Positions 55,562 to 64,000 of a stretch of 64,000 nt of DNA are shown here, piece by piece (the stretch's first letter is position 1; each line of letters starts with the position of its first letter). Position numbers and translations under genes: made by a program. The DNA lies in contig CAMPEQ010000007.1 of assembly GCA_946803585.1 (NCBI GenBank), positions 30,451 through 94,450 of the forward strand, given 5' to 3'. The stretch is from an uncultured Actinomycetes bacterium (GTDB taxonomy: Bacteria > Actinomycetota > Actinomycetes > S36-B12 > UBA10799). Below the pieces are notes generated by a model. It saw only the letters and a program-made list of their open reading frames with translations, ran no database searches and had not been told where the DNA came from.

Positions 55562-55606
55562 CAAATGAGCCCGTGCACCCCAAATCTGGGGGCACGGGCT
55601 CATTTG
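55562..55606. terminator. Bidirectional terminator hairpin between rbpA and fxsA
   Basis: 19-bp stem with one bulge (CAAATGAGCCCGTGCaCCCC / GGGGGCACGGGCTCATTTG) and a 6-nt loop. It lies between convergent genes. Confidence 0.7.
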
Positions 55607-55667
55607 CAATTTCGAACGCGATTCGGTGCCGTGGCCCAGGAAGCAATAGCTCGGCCAATAGTGGTTG

Positions 55668-56225
55668 CTAGTCGTCCGAGGTAGTGCTGTCGGGGAGCTC
55701 TCCGCGCGGACCCCTTGGGGTATCGGGATGCTGCTGTTCGCGCGTATCAGCATCCGGGTCGGCATCCTCGCGGTGAATAACGTCGCCAGCGACGACATCC
55801 CCAGGTACCACCCTGGTGACGGTCGCACCGTCAACGTTGGTCTTGATTACTGACATGTTCTTACCACGTGCCCAGCGAACGAACCAGAGTGCTGCACCCC
55901 GTCGGGCAAGCGTGCGAACCGGTGGGATCAGCAGGATTAAGCCGATCACGTCCGTGACAAAACCGGGGGTTGTAATCAGTGCGCCCGCCACGAACTTGAT
56001 CCCCGAGTCACCGACCTCTGAACCGTCTGCGGGCTGCTGGTGTTCGCTTGCGGTTCGTAGACTCTGAGCTGCCTGGATCCCGGCGTTTTGTATGACGACT
56101 AGGCCCAACACGAAGAATGCAACAGTTAAGCCAATGACCAACAGCCACCCAATAAGTGACGCGAGCCAAATCGCGACAACGAGCTCGATGAAGACGTAGA
56201 CCAAGAAGACGATGAAGCCGCGCAA
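55668..56225 (-). CDS. fxsA: FxsA-family membrane protein
   Basis: N-terminal TM pair and the conserved ITTPGFVTDVIGLILLIPPVR motif. Confidence 0.85.
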   Translation of the reverse strand: MRGFIVFLVYVFIELVVAIWLASLIGWLLVIGLTVAFFVLGLVVIQNAGIQAAQSLRTASEHQQPADGSEVGDSGIKFVAGALITTPGFVTDVIGLILLIPPVRTLARRGAALWFVRWARGKNMSVIKTNVDGATVTRVVPGDVVAGDVIHREDADPDADTREQQHPDTPRGPRGELPDSTTSDD

Positions 56226-56226
56226 G

Positions 56227-57069
56227 TTAGGCGCCGATCTCTCGTTGCGATTGTTGCTTAGTCAGCGCACGGGTTTGTTTGATCCGAGATCGTCCTTGCT
56301 TTGTTACTCGCTCGCGGACGCCCCATACGGTCACTTTCCAAAGCGCCTCGGTCACGATGGATTGGCTCATCTTTGAGGTACCGATCTCGCGTTCGGTGAA
56401 CTGAATTGGTACCTCAACGACCCGCAGACCGGCTTGGATGACGCGATATGCGAGGTCGACTTGAAAAATATATCCAGCGCTGCCTACTCCGTTGAGGTCT
56501 ATCGCCCGCAAAGTACTCGCGCGGTAAGCGCGGTAGCCACCTGTGGCATCCCTCAATGGCAGCGCCAGGGCCACTCGGGTGTACCAGTTACCTCCGCGTG
56601 AGAGGATCTCGCGGCTCTTCGGCCAGTTCTGGACTGATCCCCCTGGTACCCAGCGCGACCCTAGGACGAGGTCGGCATCTCGGAGGGCGTCAAGTAACAG
56701 CGATAGTTGTTCTGGACGGTGGCTTCCATCGGCGTCCATCTCGATCATGACGTCATAGCCGTTAGCAAGCGCCCACTCGAATCCCGCAAGGTAGGCCGCG
56801 CCTAGTCCCTCTTTCCCTTGTCGGTGCAGGACGTGAATCTGTTCGTCGGCCGCGGCTAGCTCATCGGCGATATCGCCCGTGCCATCGGGACTGTTGTCAT
56901 CAGCGACGAGAATGTGGACCTCGGGGATCGCAGCACGCACCCGGTCGGTAATGAGTCGAACGTTCCCGCTCTCGTTGTAGGTGGGGACTATAACCAGGAT
57001 CTTTCCAAGGTCGCTGAAGTCAGTCTCCGGCGATGATCCTGGCGCGGGTTCAGACGCGGAGTCGGTCAA
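56227..57069 (-). CDS. ppm1: Polyprenol-phosphate mannosyltransferase (GT2, Ppm1-like)
   Basis: GT2 motifs VIVPTYNES, VADDNSPDGT, EMDADGSH. Sits directly downstream of lnt, as in the mycobacterial lnt-ppm1 arrangement. Confidence 0.85.
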   Translation of the reverse strand: MTDSASEPAPGSSPETDFSDLGKILVIVPTYNESGNVRLITDRVRAAIPEVHILVADDNSPDGTGDIADELAAADEQIHVLHRQGKEGLGAAYLAGFEWALANGYDVMIEMDADGSHRPEQLSLLLDALRDADLVLGSRWVPGGSVQNWPKSREILSRGGNWYTRVALALPLRDATGGYRAYRASTLRAIDLNGVGSAGYIFQVDLAYRVIQAGLRVVEVPIQFTEREIGTSKMSQSIVTEALWKVTVWGVRERVTKQGRSRIKQTRALTKQQSQREIGA

Positions 57070-57100
57070 CGTAGGCCCTTCGATCTAGATGGTGAGTTTC

Positions 57101-58780
57101 TCACTCTATCTCGTGAGACGGGTGCGAAGTCCCGCTGCCGGTCGTTTTCGGCGCCCGATCCTCTCGAGGTCGGATTCGTCGGGCTCTGAGCGCCACTACG
57201 ACCGCTACGGCCGTTGCCAAGAGGAGGAGCCATTCGGGTACGGCGCCAACCCTCGTAGCGATCGTCTGCGAATCCCGCAGTGGGATATCCCCCACTAGTT
57301 GGCTCGCTGTCAACAGGGGTGCCTGCTGGCTGACGGTGCCGTCTGGGGAGAGGATCGCCGTCACGCCAGAGGTAGATGCGATGAGGACAGATCGACCATG
57401 CTCGACCGCTCTGATCGCTGACATGGCAGCTTGCTGCTCTGGTTGTGCTGCTCCCCCGGGGCCGACGAACGAGTAGGTAGCGTTGTTGGTTTGCACGGCA
57501 ATCGCCCGTCCGCCCGCACGGACGCCGTCGCGAACGACCTCGTCGTAGGCGATCTCAAAGCAGATTACGTCGGCGATTCTGGCGGGTCCCACTTGGAGCA
57601 CTCCGGGTTCAGGACCTGCCGCGAAGTCGAATGGAATCCGTTCGAATCTGGTGATGAAGCGTTGAAGAACCGACCGCCCAGGTAGGTACTCTCCGAAAGG
57701 CACCGGATGTTGTTTGACGTAGAACTCGCTTGGTCCAGTTTGTGGCTGCCAGACAATCCCGACGTTCCATAGGGTCGTTGGGTCGGTGGGATTGCGCGTG
57801 ACGGCGCCAACAAGAATCGGGACGCCGATATCGTCAGCGGCGGAGCTAATGGCGGCTGCTGCGCTCTGATCGCTGAGCGGGTCGATATCGGTTGAGTTCT
57901 CCGGCCAGATCACCAGCTCCGGTGCTTGAAGCTCCCCCGAGCGAACCTTGGCGGCTAGCTCGTGCGTCCCAGCAACGTGATTATCGAGAACGGCACGACG
58001 CTGTGACATCGCGTTGAGACCCGAATTCGGGACACTGCCCTGGACTAGGGCGACGACTGCGCTCGCCGGGCCATCGGCGGTCTCACCAGCAGTGGGCCGT
58101 GGAATAGCGAGCCCAATGGTCCAGATTCCGATTGCTCCAACGAGTGCGAGGGCTAGCACCCGGAGGTGACGCGGCTGGTTTTCGTCCCCGGACGGCCGTG
58201 GGCTCTGGAAGCCGGAGCGCCTGCGCAGGAACTCAAGTGCAGCCCAGGCGATGAGTCCACCGCTGAGGGCAACGGCTGCGGTGATCAGCGGCGCGCCAGC
58301 GACACTGGCCAAGCCCAGCGTCGGGCTATCTGACTGGCTGAACGCCAGGCGCCCCCAGGGGAAGCCACCAAGCGGGTACCGGTCGCGCAAAGCCTCTTGG
58401 GTGACCCAAACGCCGGCAATCCAGAGCGGCCAATACGGAAGTCGAATGATGATCCGGGTCAGCACTCCAACGAGGCCTAGCCAAAGCGCGCAGTAGATCG
58501 CTAGCGCAATCCAAGCATCGGCACCTAGGACAGTCATCCATCGTAAGAGGATTCCGAAGAAGAGCAGGCCAGCGATGAATCCGAGCCCGAACGCCCCTCG
58601 AAGCCGTACGGTCGTGCCAGTCGCAAGGGTAATGAGAGCGACCCCCACCGGAGCGAGCACACCGAAACCGAAGGGCGGGAAGGCCCCGGCAAGTAGCACT
58701 CCCCCGATGACGACGGCGGCCCATCGCCAGCCGGTGCCGGGACTACGCCACCGGCTGGTGGGAGCAGCCCGGCTACTCAC
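57101..58780 (-). CDS. lnt: Apolipoprotein N-acyltransferase
   Basis: Polytopic N-terminal half plus a C-terminal CN-hydrolase domain (WPENS..., ADVICFEIAY). Confidence 0.9.
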   Translation of the reverse strand: MSSRAAPTSRWRSPGTGWRWAAVVIGGVLLAGAFPPFGFGVLAPVGVALITLATGTTVRLRGAFGLGFIAGLLFFGILLRWMTVLGADAWIALAIYCALWLGLVGVLTRIIIRLPYWPLWIAGVWVTQEALRDRYPLGGFPWGRLAFSQSDSPTLGLASVAGAPLITAAVALSGGLIAWAALEFLRRRSGFQSPRPSGDENQPRHLRVLALALVGAIGIWTIGLAIPRPTAGETADGPASAVVALVQGSVPNSGLNAMSQRRAVLDNHVAGTHELAAKVRSGELQAPELVIWPENSTDIDPLSDQSAAAAISSAADDIGVPILVGAVTRNPTDPTTLWNVGIVWQPQTGPSEFYVKQHPVPFGEYLPGRSVLQRFITRFERIPFDFAAGPEPGVLQVGPARIADVICFEIAYDEVVRDGVRAGGRAIAVQTNNATYSFVGPGGAAQPEQQAAMSAIRAVEHGRSVLIASTSGVTAILSPDGTVSQQAPLLTASQLVGDIPLRDSQTIATRVGAVPEWLLLLATAVAVVVALRARRIRPREDRAPKTTGSGTSHPSHEIE

Positions 58781-59597
58781 CTATCACCGACAGCTGCATA
58801 CCGGTCATTGTTGCCCACAGAGTTGGTAGTGACGCATCCGGTGAGAGGTCTGGTAGCGGTGGCGTTCCCGCACGAACATCAGTGGACCACGCCGCAATCC
58901 GATCATCAGGAAGTTGTACGACCAGATCATCGCAACGCCAGAGGTTGAGGCGGGCAAATGACCCCACCGCTGCCTCTCCTGCTTCGGGAGCGCCGAGGAT
59001 TCGCCAACCTGCTCTCGTCGCCGCGTTGAAGGCGGCACGGCCCGAGATTCCGCCTGGTCCCCCGTAGACGGCGTGTCGAACCGCTCCCCAGATATCAAGG
59101 TCAGCACCGAACGAACCAAAAGCGAACGGGACGCCAGCTTGGGCCAACTCGGTCAGCAACGTCGGTTCCGTCGTCGTCGGGAGGACGGCGATCTCGCGGC
59201 GACTGAGCATCTCGCTAATCGCGACGGATATGGGTTGCTCGAGAATGCCATCATGGCGAGACGTAGCCCTCGGAGCTTTGAGTCTCACTGCCGCTGGCTC
59301 GGCACCCCTAGTGAACTCGTAGGGAACGAGTTGTTCCTCAACTCTGAAGAAGGCAGCGCCGACCTCAGCTGAGAGGTTCCGCATGACGCCAGCATTCGCA
59401 TCCATGAATGCTGGGGCGATGAAGGCGCCCTGGCAATCGATAACGGTGTCATCAGCGAGTAGCTGACCGGAGAGCCCCTCCTCATCGCCAATCCAGGCAA
59501 TTATCCCCTCATCAACAATTACTGTCGTCGAAAACGGGAAACGCTGCGAATACACGACGCCGGCAGTCAGTACAATCCGGCCCAAGGCTAAGGTCAC
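58773..59597 (-). CDS. Short amidohydrolase-like protein lacking the HxH metal motif
   Basis: The N-terminus VIVDEGIIAWIGDE...VIDCQGAFIAPAFMDANAG aligns to the amidohydrolase composite-domain start, but DANAG replaces DxHxH. The C-terminus FNAATRAGWRILG...GSFARLNLW is amidohydrolase-like. Only 274 aa. Confidence 0.6.
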   Translation of the reverse strand: MTLALGRIVLTAGVVYSQRFPFSTTVIVDEGIIAWIGDEEGLSGQLLADDTVIDCQGAFIAPAFMDANAGVMRNLSAEVGAAFFRVEEQLVPYEFTRGAEPAAVRLKAPRATSRHDGILEQPISVAISEMLSRREIAVLPTTTEPTLLTELAQAGVPFAFGSFGADLDIWGAVRHAVYGGPGGISGRAAFNAATRAGWRILGAPEAGEAAVGSFARLNLWRCDDLVVQLPDDRIAAWSTDVRAGTPPLPDLSPDASLPTLWATMTGMQLSVIGE

Positions 59598-59615
59598 ACC
59601 CCCAATCCTGTCAGG

Positions 59616-60845
59616 ATGTCTCGCATGTCCCCCGATGCCCTCCTCGCTTCCGGAGGAGACTCAGTCGCAACGTCCCTTGTGGGGTTCGGCGCGCTGCTGC
59701 TCGGACTCGGCATTCTGGCTCGTCTTGCGGCAGTTGTCGGGGTCTCCCCTATCCCGCTATTCCTTATCGCGGGGCTGGCGTTCGGAGAGGGCGGATGGTT
59801 CGTTCTCGGCGTTGACGAGAACCTCGTCGCGGTGACCGCTGAGATCGGGGCAGTCATGCTCCTTCTTCTGTTAGGGCTTGAGTACTCGGGTCGCGAGCTT
59901 GTAGCGACGATGAAACATCAGTGGCGCTCAGGTATTTACGACATCGTGCTGAACTCGCTGCCTGGTGTGGCGTTCGGGCTCTTGCTGGGATGGGGTCTGC
60001 TCGGTGCAGTGGCGCTCGGTGGTGTCACTTACATCTCGAGTTCGGGCATCGTGGCACAGGTTGTTCGAGACTTGAAGTGGCGGCGGAAGGCAGAGGTCCC
60101 CGGGGTAGTCGGACTACTTATCGTCGAGGACATCGTGATGGCGCCCTATCTGCCTATCGTGACGGCGATTGCTACGGGTGCAGGCCTCGTGACTGGACTC
60201 ATCAGTGTCGGTGTTGCACTCACGGTGGTTGGATTCGTGCTGCTGCTGTCGGTGAAGCGGGTCCATTTCATCAATCGACTTCTCGACGCGAATCAGCCTG
60301 TCGCATTACTGTTGACCATCTTCGGCGCCACGATTCTGGTCGCCGGGTTCGCTACCCTGTTCGACTTCTCGTCGGCAGTCGCTGCATTCCTTGTGGGCCT
60401 TCTCTTCACCGGTGAGGTCGCTGAGGCCGCGCGAGCTCGTTTGGCACCACTGCGGGATCTCTTTGCTGCCGTCTTCTTTGTCTTCTTCGGCTTGTCAACC
60501 AATCCTGCTGATATCCCGGCCGTCTTCCCAGTCGCGCTCGCACTAGCCGCTGTGGGTGTCGCAACGAAGCTGCTGACTGGGCGAATCGTTGCAAAGCGCG
60601 CCGAGTCAAGCGAGCGTGGCAAGTGGCGAGCTGGCACCATCTTGATTGCCCGCGGTGAGTTCAGTGTCGTCATCGCCGGAATCGTCGCGGTTTCTCCGCT
60701 TGCCCCACCAAAGCTGGCGCCGCTGGTTACCACCTATGTGCTGATAACCGCTGTCGTCGGACCTGTATTGGCCCGTCTGGCGGAGCCATGGAGTAACTGG
60801 CGTGAGACACGTAAGGGCGACGGGTCGGTTCCTGCCACCACCTAA
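59616..60845 (+). CDS. CPA2-type cation/proton antiporter (Kef-like membrane domain, no RCK domain)
   Basis: 409 aa, polytopic, with LLLLLGLEYS and RGEFSVVIAG blocks typical of Na_H_exchanger/KefB membrane domains. Confidence 0.85.
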   Translation: MSRMSPDALLASGGDSVATSLVGFGALLLGLGILARLAAVVGVSPIPLFLIAGLAFGEGGWFVLGVDENLVAVTAEIGAVMLLLLLGLEYSGRELVATMKHQWRSGIYDIVLNSLPGVAFGLLLGWGLLGAVALGGVTYISSSGIVAQVVRDLKWRRKAEVPGVVGLLIVEDIVMAPYLPIVTAIATGAGLVTGLISVGVALTVVGFVLLLSVKRVHFINRLLDANQPVALLLTIFGATILVAGFATLFDFSSAVAAFLVGLLFTGEVAEAARARLAPLRDLFAAVFFVFFGLSTNPADIPAVFPVALALAAVGVATKLLTGRIVAKRAESSERGKWRAGTILIARGEFSVVIAGIVAVSPLAPPKLAPLVTTYVLITAVVGPVLARLAEPWSNWRETRKGDGSVPATT

Positions 60846-60866
60846 CGCAGCGGCGCGAACAGGGAG

Positions 60867-62018
60867 TTAGGACCTGAGTAGATTCCGAGCGATAACATGC
60901 CGCTGAATCTGGTTCGTACCTTCCACGATTTGTAAGACCTTCGCCTCACGGAAGTAGCGCTCGGCGGGAAAGTCCTGCACATAGCCCGCCCCACCGAGGA
61001 TCTGCACGGTGTCGATAGCTACCTGCATACACATGTCGGTGGCAGCGAGCTTCGCCATCGCCGCCTGAGTCGAGTAGGGCAATCCAGCGTCTTTACGTCG
61101 TGCTGCGCTCAGATAGAGGGCGCGAGCCGACTCAATTGCTGTCGCCATGTCAGCAATCATGAACCCGATGCCCTGGAAGTCACTGATTGCTCGTCCGAAC
61201 TGCTGGCGCTGCTGCGAGTATCGGATCGCTTCATCGAGGGCTGACTGGGCCAACCCGACTGCACAGGCCGCAATGCCTAGTCGTCCAGCATCGAGGGCCG
61301 CGAGTGCGATCGTGAGCCCTTGACCCGGATCCCCGATCATTCGGTCTTCGGTAAGAACAACCTGATCCAATATGACCTGTGCAGTTGTGGAGGCGCGCAT
61401 CCCCATCTTGTTCTCAGGCGCCGCCGCGCTGAGGCCTGGGCTGTCACCTGGGACTAAGAAGCAGCTGATACCAGCGTTGCGATCAGGGGACGTGCGAGCC
61501 ATCACCGTATAGAAATCAGCGACTCCTCCGTGAGTGATCCAAGCCTTAGTCCCGTTGAGTTCAAATCCATCCGCAGTGCGCTGGGCGTTCGTGGTCAGCC
61601 CCGCTGCATCCGATCCGCTCTGGGCCTCTGACAGGCAGTAGGCGCCCAATAGGTCCCCGCCCAGCATCGAGGGCAGCCAGCGCTGCTGTTGATCGGCCGT
61701 GCCAAAGTTCGCGAGCGCGTGGGCAGAAAGAGTATGAACGCTGACACCAAGGCCAACTGCTAGCCACGCTCGAGCGAGCTCCTCGACTACCTGCAGGTAG
61801 ACGGTGTAGGGAAGGCCAGCACCACCGACCTCAACGGGGTACGGAAGTCCAAGAACCCCAACCTGGCCGAGGGTACGAAAAACCTCACGCGGGAAGGTCT
61901 CGGTCTGCTCGAACTCATCGGCGAGGGGTCGCAGTGTTTGGTCTGCCACCTGCTCCACGACGCGTAGAAGCTCACGGGCCTCATCATCGGGCAACTCTCG
62001 TTCTATCGACGGTGCCAC
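60867..62018 (-). CDS. Acyl-CoA dehydrogenase
   Basis: 383 aa with YCLSEAQSGSDAAG, KAWITHGG, and the C-terminal catalytic region ILGGAGYVQDFPAERYFREAKVLQIVEGTNQIQ. Confidence 0.9.
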   Translation of the reverse strand: MAPSIERELPDDEARELLRVVEQVADQTLRPLADEFEQTETFPREVFRTLGQVGVLGLPYPVEVGGAGLPYTVYLQVVEELARAWLAVGLGVSVHTLSAHALANFGTADQQQRWLPSMLGGDLLGAYCLSEAQSGSDAAGLTTNAQRTADGFELNGTKAWITHGGVADFYTVMARTSPDRNAGISCFLVPGDSPGLSAAAPENKMGMRASTTAQVILDQVVLTEDRMIGDPGQGLTIALAALDAGRLGIAACAVGLAQSALDEAIRYSQQRQQFGRAISDFQGIGFMIADMATAIESARALYLSAARRKDAGLPYSTQAAMAKLAATDMCMQVAIDTVQILGGAGYVQDFPAERYFREAKVLQIVEGTNQIQRHVIARNLLRS

Positions 62019-62086
62019 TACATCTCCGGATCTACTGTGGGTGCTTGCTAAGGGAAGGAAACCGCTGCGCAGGACTGAGGTGCGCT

Positions 62087-63211
62087 CTAGGAATCGCCTT
62101 CGACGATCAGCAGCTCACGGGGGCGATCGTTACACAGGATTGGACCGTCTGGCCCACAGACGACAATGTCTTCGATCCGTGCACCAGCGACGCCTTCTCG
62201 ATAAAAGCCTGGTTCGATACTGAAGGCGTTGCCTTCCACCAGCTTGTGAGGGTTGCCCGCCACCATGTACGGCTCCTCGTGGGTTTCCAACCCAATCCCA
62301 TGGCCGATTCGATGGAGAAAGAAATCGCCGAGGTCTGCCGCTGTCAGCGCATTCCTTGCGATGGCGTCGACCGATTCGCAGCTCACACCTGGTTTGACCG
62401 AAGCGGTCGCCCGCAGTTGTGCAGAAAGTAGCTCGGCGTATTCACTTGCGAAGTCTGCCGAGGGCTCCCCCATCGAGTAGGTGCGGGTCGAGTCACTGCA
62501 GTACCCCGTGGCCGTGGTTCCACCAATATCGATGACGACAACGTCACCATCCTGGAGCCGTCGATTGCTCGGGAGATGATGCGGACTGGCGCTATTGGGT
62601 CCGGCCGCCACAATCACAAAATCGGCCTGTTCATGCTCGACAGCGATGGCCTCGGCAATACGCGAGGCGATTTCCCGCTCGGTGCGTCCTACCTTGAGGA
62701 ACTGCGGAACTTGTTCATGAACTCGATCAATCGCTGCGCCGGCCGCCTGAAGTTCGATGATCTCTGCCGCGGACTTGACCATGCGTAACTCGTTCATGAC
62801 TGGCCCGGCCGGTACTTGGTGGGCTTTGGGCATGTGCTCGCGAAGGTAGTAAGCCTTAATCGCCCACATGCGATCGTCAACCGCAACGCGACGGGCAGTC
62901 GTGAGGACAGAGGCGGCTAGTTGATAAGGATTCTCGGTCTCTTCCCACGGGATGAGTTCGATATCGAGCTCGCTGAGCGGGCTAGCGAGCGCGGTACCGC
63001 GCTCTAGAGTTGGGATGATCAGTCGATTGGGGCCGTTTGCAGAAACGACGAGACAAGTCAGCCGCTCTGACGCGTGGGCGTGGTACCCGACGAGATACCG
63101 CAAGTCTGGACCTGGCGTAATCAACAGCGCGTCGATCTCTAACTCGCGGCATCGTGCTGCAGCCCGATCCAACCGGGATTGGTACTCGGCGATATCGAAG
63201 TATGAACTCAC
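62087..63211 (-). CDS. M24-family Xaa-Pro dipeptidase (PepE-like)
   Basis: Creatinase-like N-domain plus metal ligands in DVVVIDIGGTTATGYCSDSTRT, HRIGHGIGLETHE, SIEPG and ARIED. GTG start. Divergent from the 5'-3' exonuclease gene, as in the mycobacterial Rv2089c/Rv2090 pair. Confidence 0.9.
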   Translation of the reverse strand: MSSYFDIAEYQSRLDRAAARCRELEIDALLITPGPDLRYLVGYHAHASERLTCLVVSANGPNRLIIPTLERGTALASPLSELDIELIPWEETENPYQLAASVLTTARRVAVDDRMWAIKAYYLREHMPKAHQVPAGPVMNELRMVKSAAEIIELQAAGAAIDRVHEQVPQFLKVGRTEREIASRIAEAIAVEHEQADFVIVAAGPNSASPHHLPSNRRLQDGDVVVIDIGGTTATGYCSDSTRTYSMGEPSADFASEYAELLSAQLRATASVKPGVSCESVDAIARNALTAADLGDFFLHRIGHGIGLETHEEPYMVAGNPHKLVEGNAFSIEPGFYREGVAGARIEDIVVCGPDGPILCNDRPRELLIVEGDS

Positions 63212-63260
63212 ATCCGAAGGCTATCGCCATGACTGGCATCCATCGCGCACAATGTCACCT

Positions 63261-64000
63261 ATGGCTACCAAACGGTTGATGGTTCTCGATACCGCGTCCC
63301 TGTACTTCCGCGCGTTCTATGGGGTTCCGTCTTCGATTATGGCTCCGGATGGGACACAAATAAACGCCGTGCGCGGACTCCTCGACTTCATTAGTCGGCT
63401 TGTGGAGGATCACCAGCCAACGGATCTGATCGCTGCCTGGGACGACGACTGGCGACCAGACTTTCGCGTGGCCGCAATCCCGACCTACAAGGCTCACCGC
63501 GTTGTTGAGACGCCGGACACTGACGGCTCGGATGACGGCGAGGACGTGCCGGACGAGTTGGGACATCAGGTTCAGCTAATTATCGAGGTTCTTGAGCTGA
63601 TTGGGATCGCGAGGCTCGGCGCACCCGGCTACGAGGCAGACGACGTGATCGGATCACTCGTCGCACAGTCGGACTACCCGGTCCTCGTCGTGACCGGTGA
63701 CAGAGATCTATTTCAACTCGTCGATGATTCCCGCCCGGTTCGGGTCCTCTACACCGCGGCCAAGGGTGTGGGCAACGCAGAGGTCATCGACGATTCCGCG
63801 ATCCGCGAACGCTATGGGGTTGGCGCCCATCAGTACGCGGACTACGCGCTACTACGCGGTGACACATCCGATGGATTGCCGGGAGTTCGCGGTATCGGTG
63901 AAAAGACAGCATCCGCGATGATTAGCGAGTTCGGCGATATCGATTCGCTGGTTGCTGCCGTTCAGGCAGGTAACAGCGGAGTGAAGGCCGGCGCGCAACG
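63261..64000 (+). CDS. 5'-3' exonuclease (FEN/PIN-like, Rv2090-like stand-alone type), 3' end outside window
   Basis: Not in the ORF track because there is no stop in the window. My own translation from ATG 63261 gives LMVLDTASLYFRAFYGVPSSIMAPDGTQINAVRG...WDDDWRPDFRVAAIPTYKAHR...VVTGDRDLFQL...LRGDTSDGLPGVRGIGEKTA. Confidence 0.8.
   Translation, partial: MATKRLMVLDTASLYFRAFYGVPSSIMAPDGTQINAVRGLLDFISRLVEDHQPTDLIAAWDDDWRPDFRVAAIPTYKAHRVVETPDTDGSDDGEDVPDELGHQVQLIIEVLELIGIARLGAPGYEADDVIGSLVAQSDYPVLVVTGDRDLFQLVDDSRPVRVLYTAAKGVGNAEVIDDSAIRERYGVGAHQYADYALLRGDTSDGLPGVRGIGEKTASAMISEFGDIDSLVAAVQAGNSGVKAGAQ

Noticed and set aside
63261-64000. Calling the terminal open frame DNA polymerase I (polA).
   Set aside because: The N-terminal sequence (LDTASLYFRAFYGVPSS..., WDDDWRPDFRV..IPTYKAHR) matches the stand-alone actinobacterial 5'-3' exonuclease (Rv2090 type) better than the PolA N-domain. 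It is also paired divergently with a PepE-like peptidase, as in mycobacteria. The window ends before length could decide the question.

Overview
Read by eye only; nothing was computed or searched. This is a gene-dense segment of a high-GC actinobacterial chromosome. It holds about 70 protein genes and one tRNA. I saw no rRNA, no CRISPR array and no intact mobile element. Three blocks show housekeeping synteny that I recognise from Mycobacterium and Corynebacterium genomes. Block (i), 1-13.7 kb: tlyA, nadK, recN, pyrG, nudix, xerD, scpA, scpB, rluB, aroH, tyrA, cmk, plsC-like, der, tRNA-Pro(GGG). Block (ii), 36-43.7 kb: CDP-alcohol phosphatidyltransferase, gcvH, an FHA protein in the GarA/OdhI position, an FtsR-like MerR, a DUF151 nuclease, a second MerR, gcvP. 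Block (iii), 55-64 kb: rbpA, fxsA, ppm1, lnt, a CPA2 antiporter, an acyl-CoA dehydrogenase, a PepE-like M24 peptidase and an Rv2090-like 5'-3' exonuclease (3' end outside the window). The rest looks accessory. It includes a thiol-redox/lipid block right after tRNA-Pro, an AlkZ-like glycosylase with a SnoaL-like protein, and a two-component system beside a glycine-rich secreted protein. It also includes four cation/proton antiporters, an esterase, an ArsR-CDF metal module, and a degraded mobile patch (phd/relE, an IS256 fragment, a heparinase II/III-like gene). Two signals stand out. First, the ECF sigma / zinc anti-sigma locus carries the same promoter-like motif, GGAA(T/G)-N18/19-GTTTC(C/G), four times within 3.3 kb, each time correctly oriented in front of a transcription unit. 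This suggests a compact, self-contained thiol-stress regulon. Second, two direct copies of a palindrome-rich element of about 62 bp bracket the toxin-antitoxin cassette and the IS256 fragment. I found no convincing multi-gene phage-defence system or other clearly novel system. All functional calls rest on motif and family recognition in the translated ORFs.
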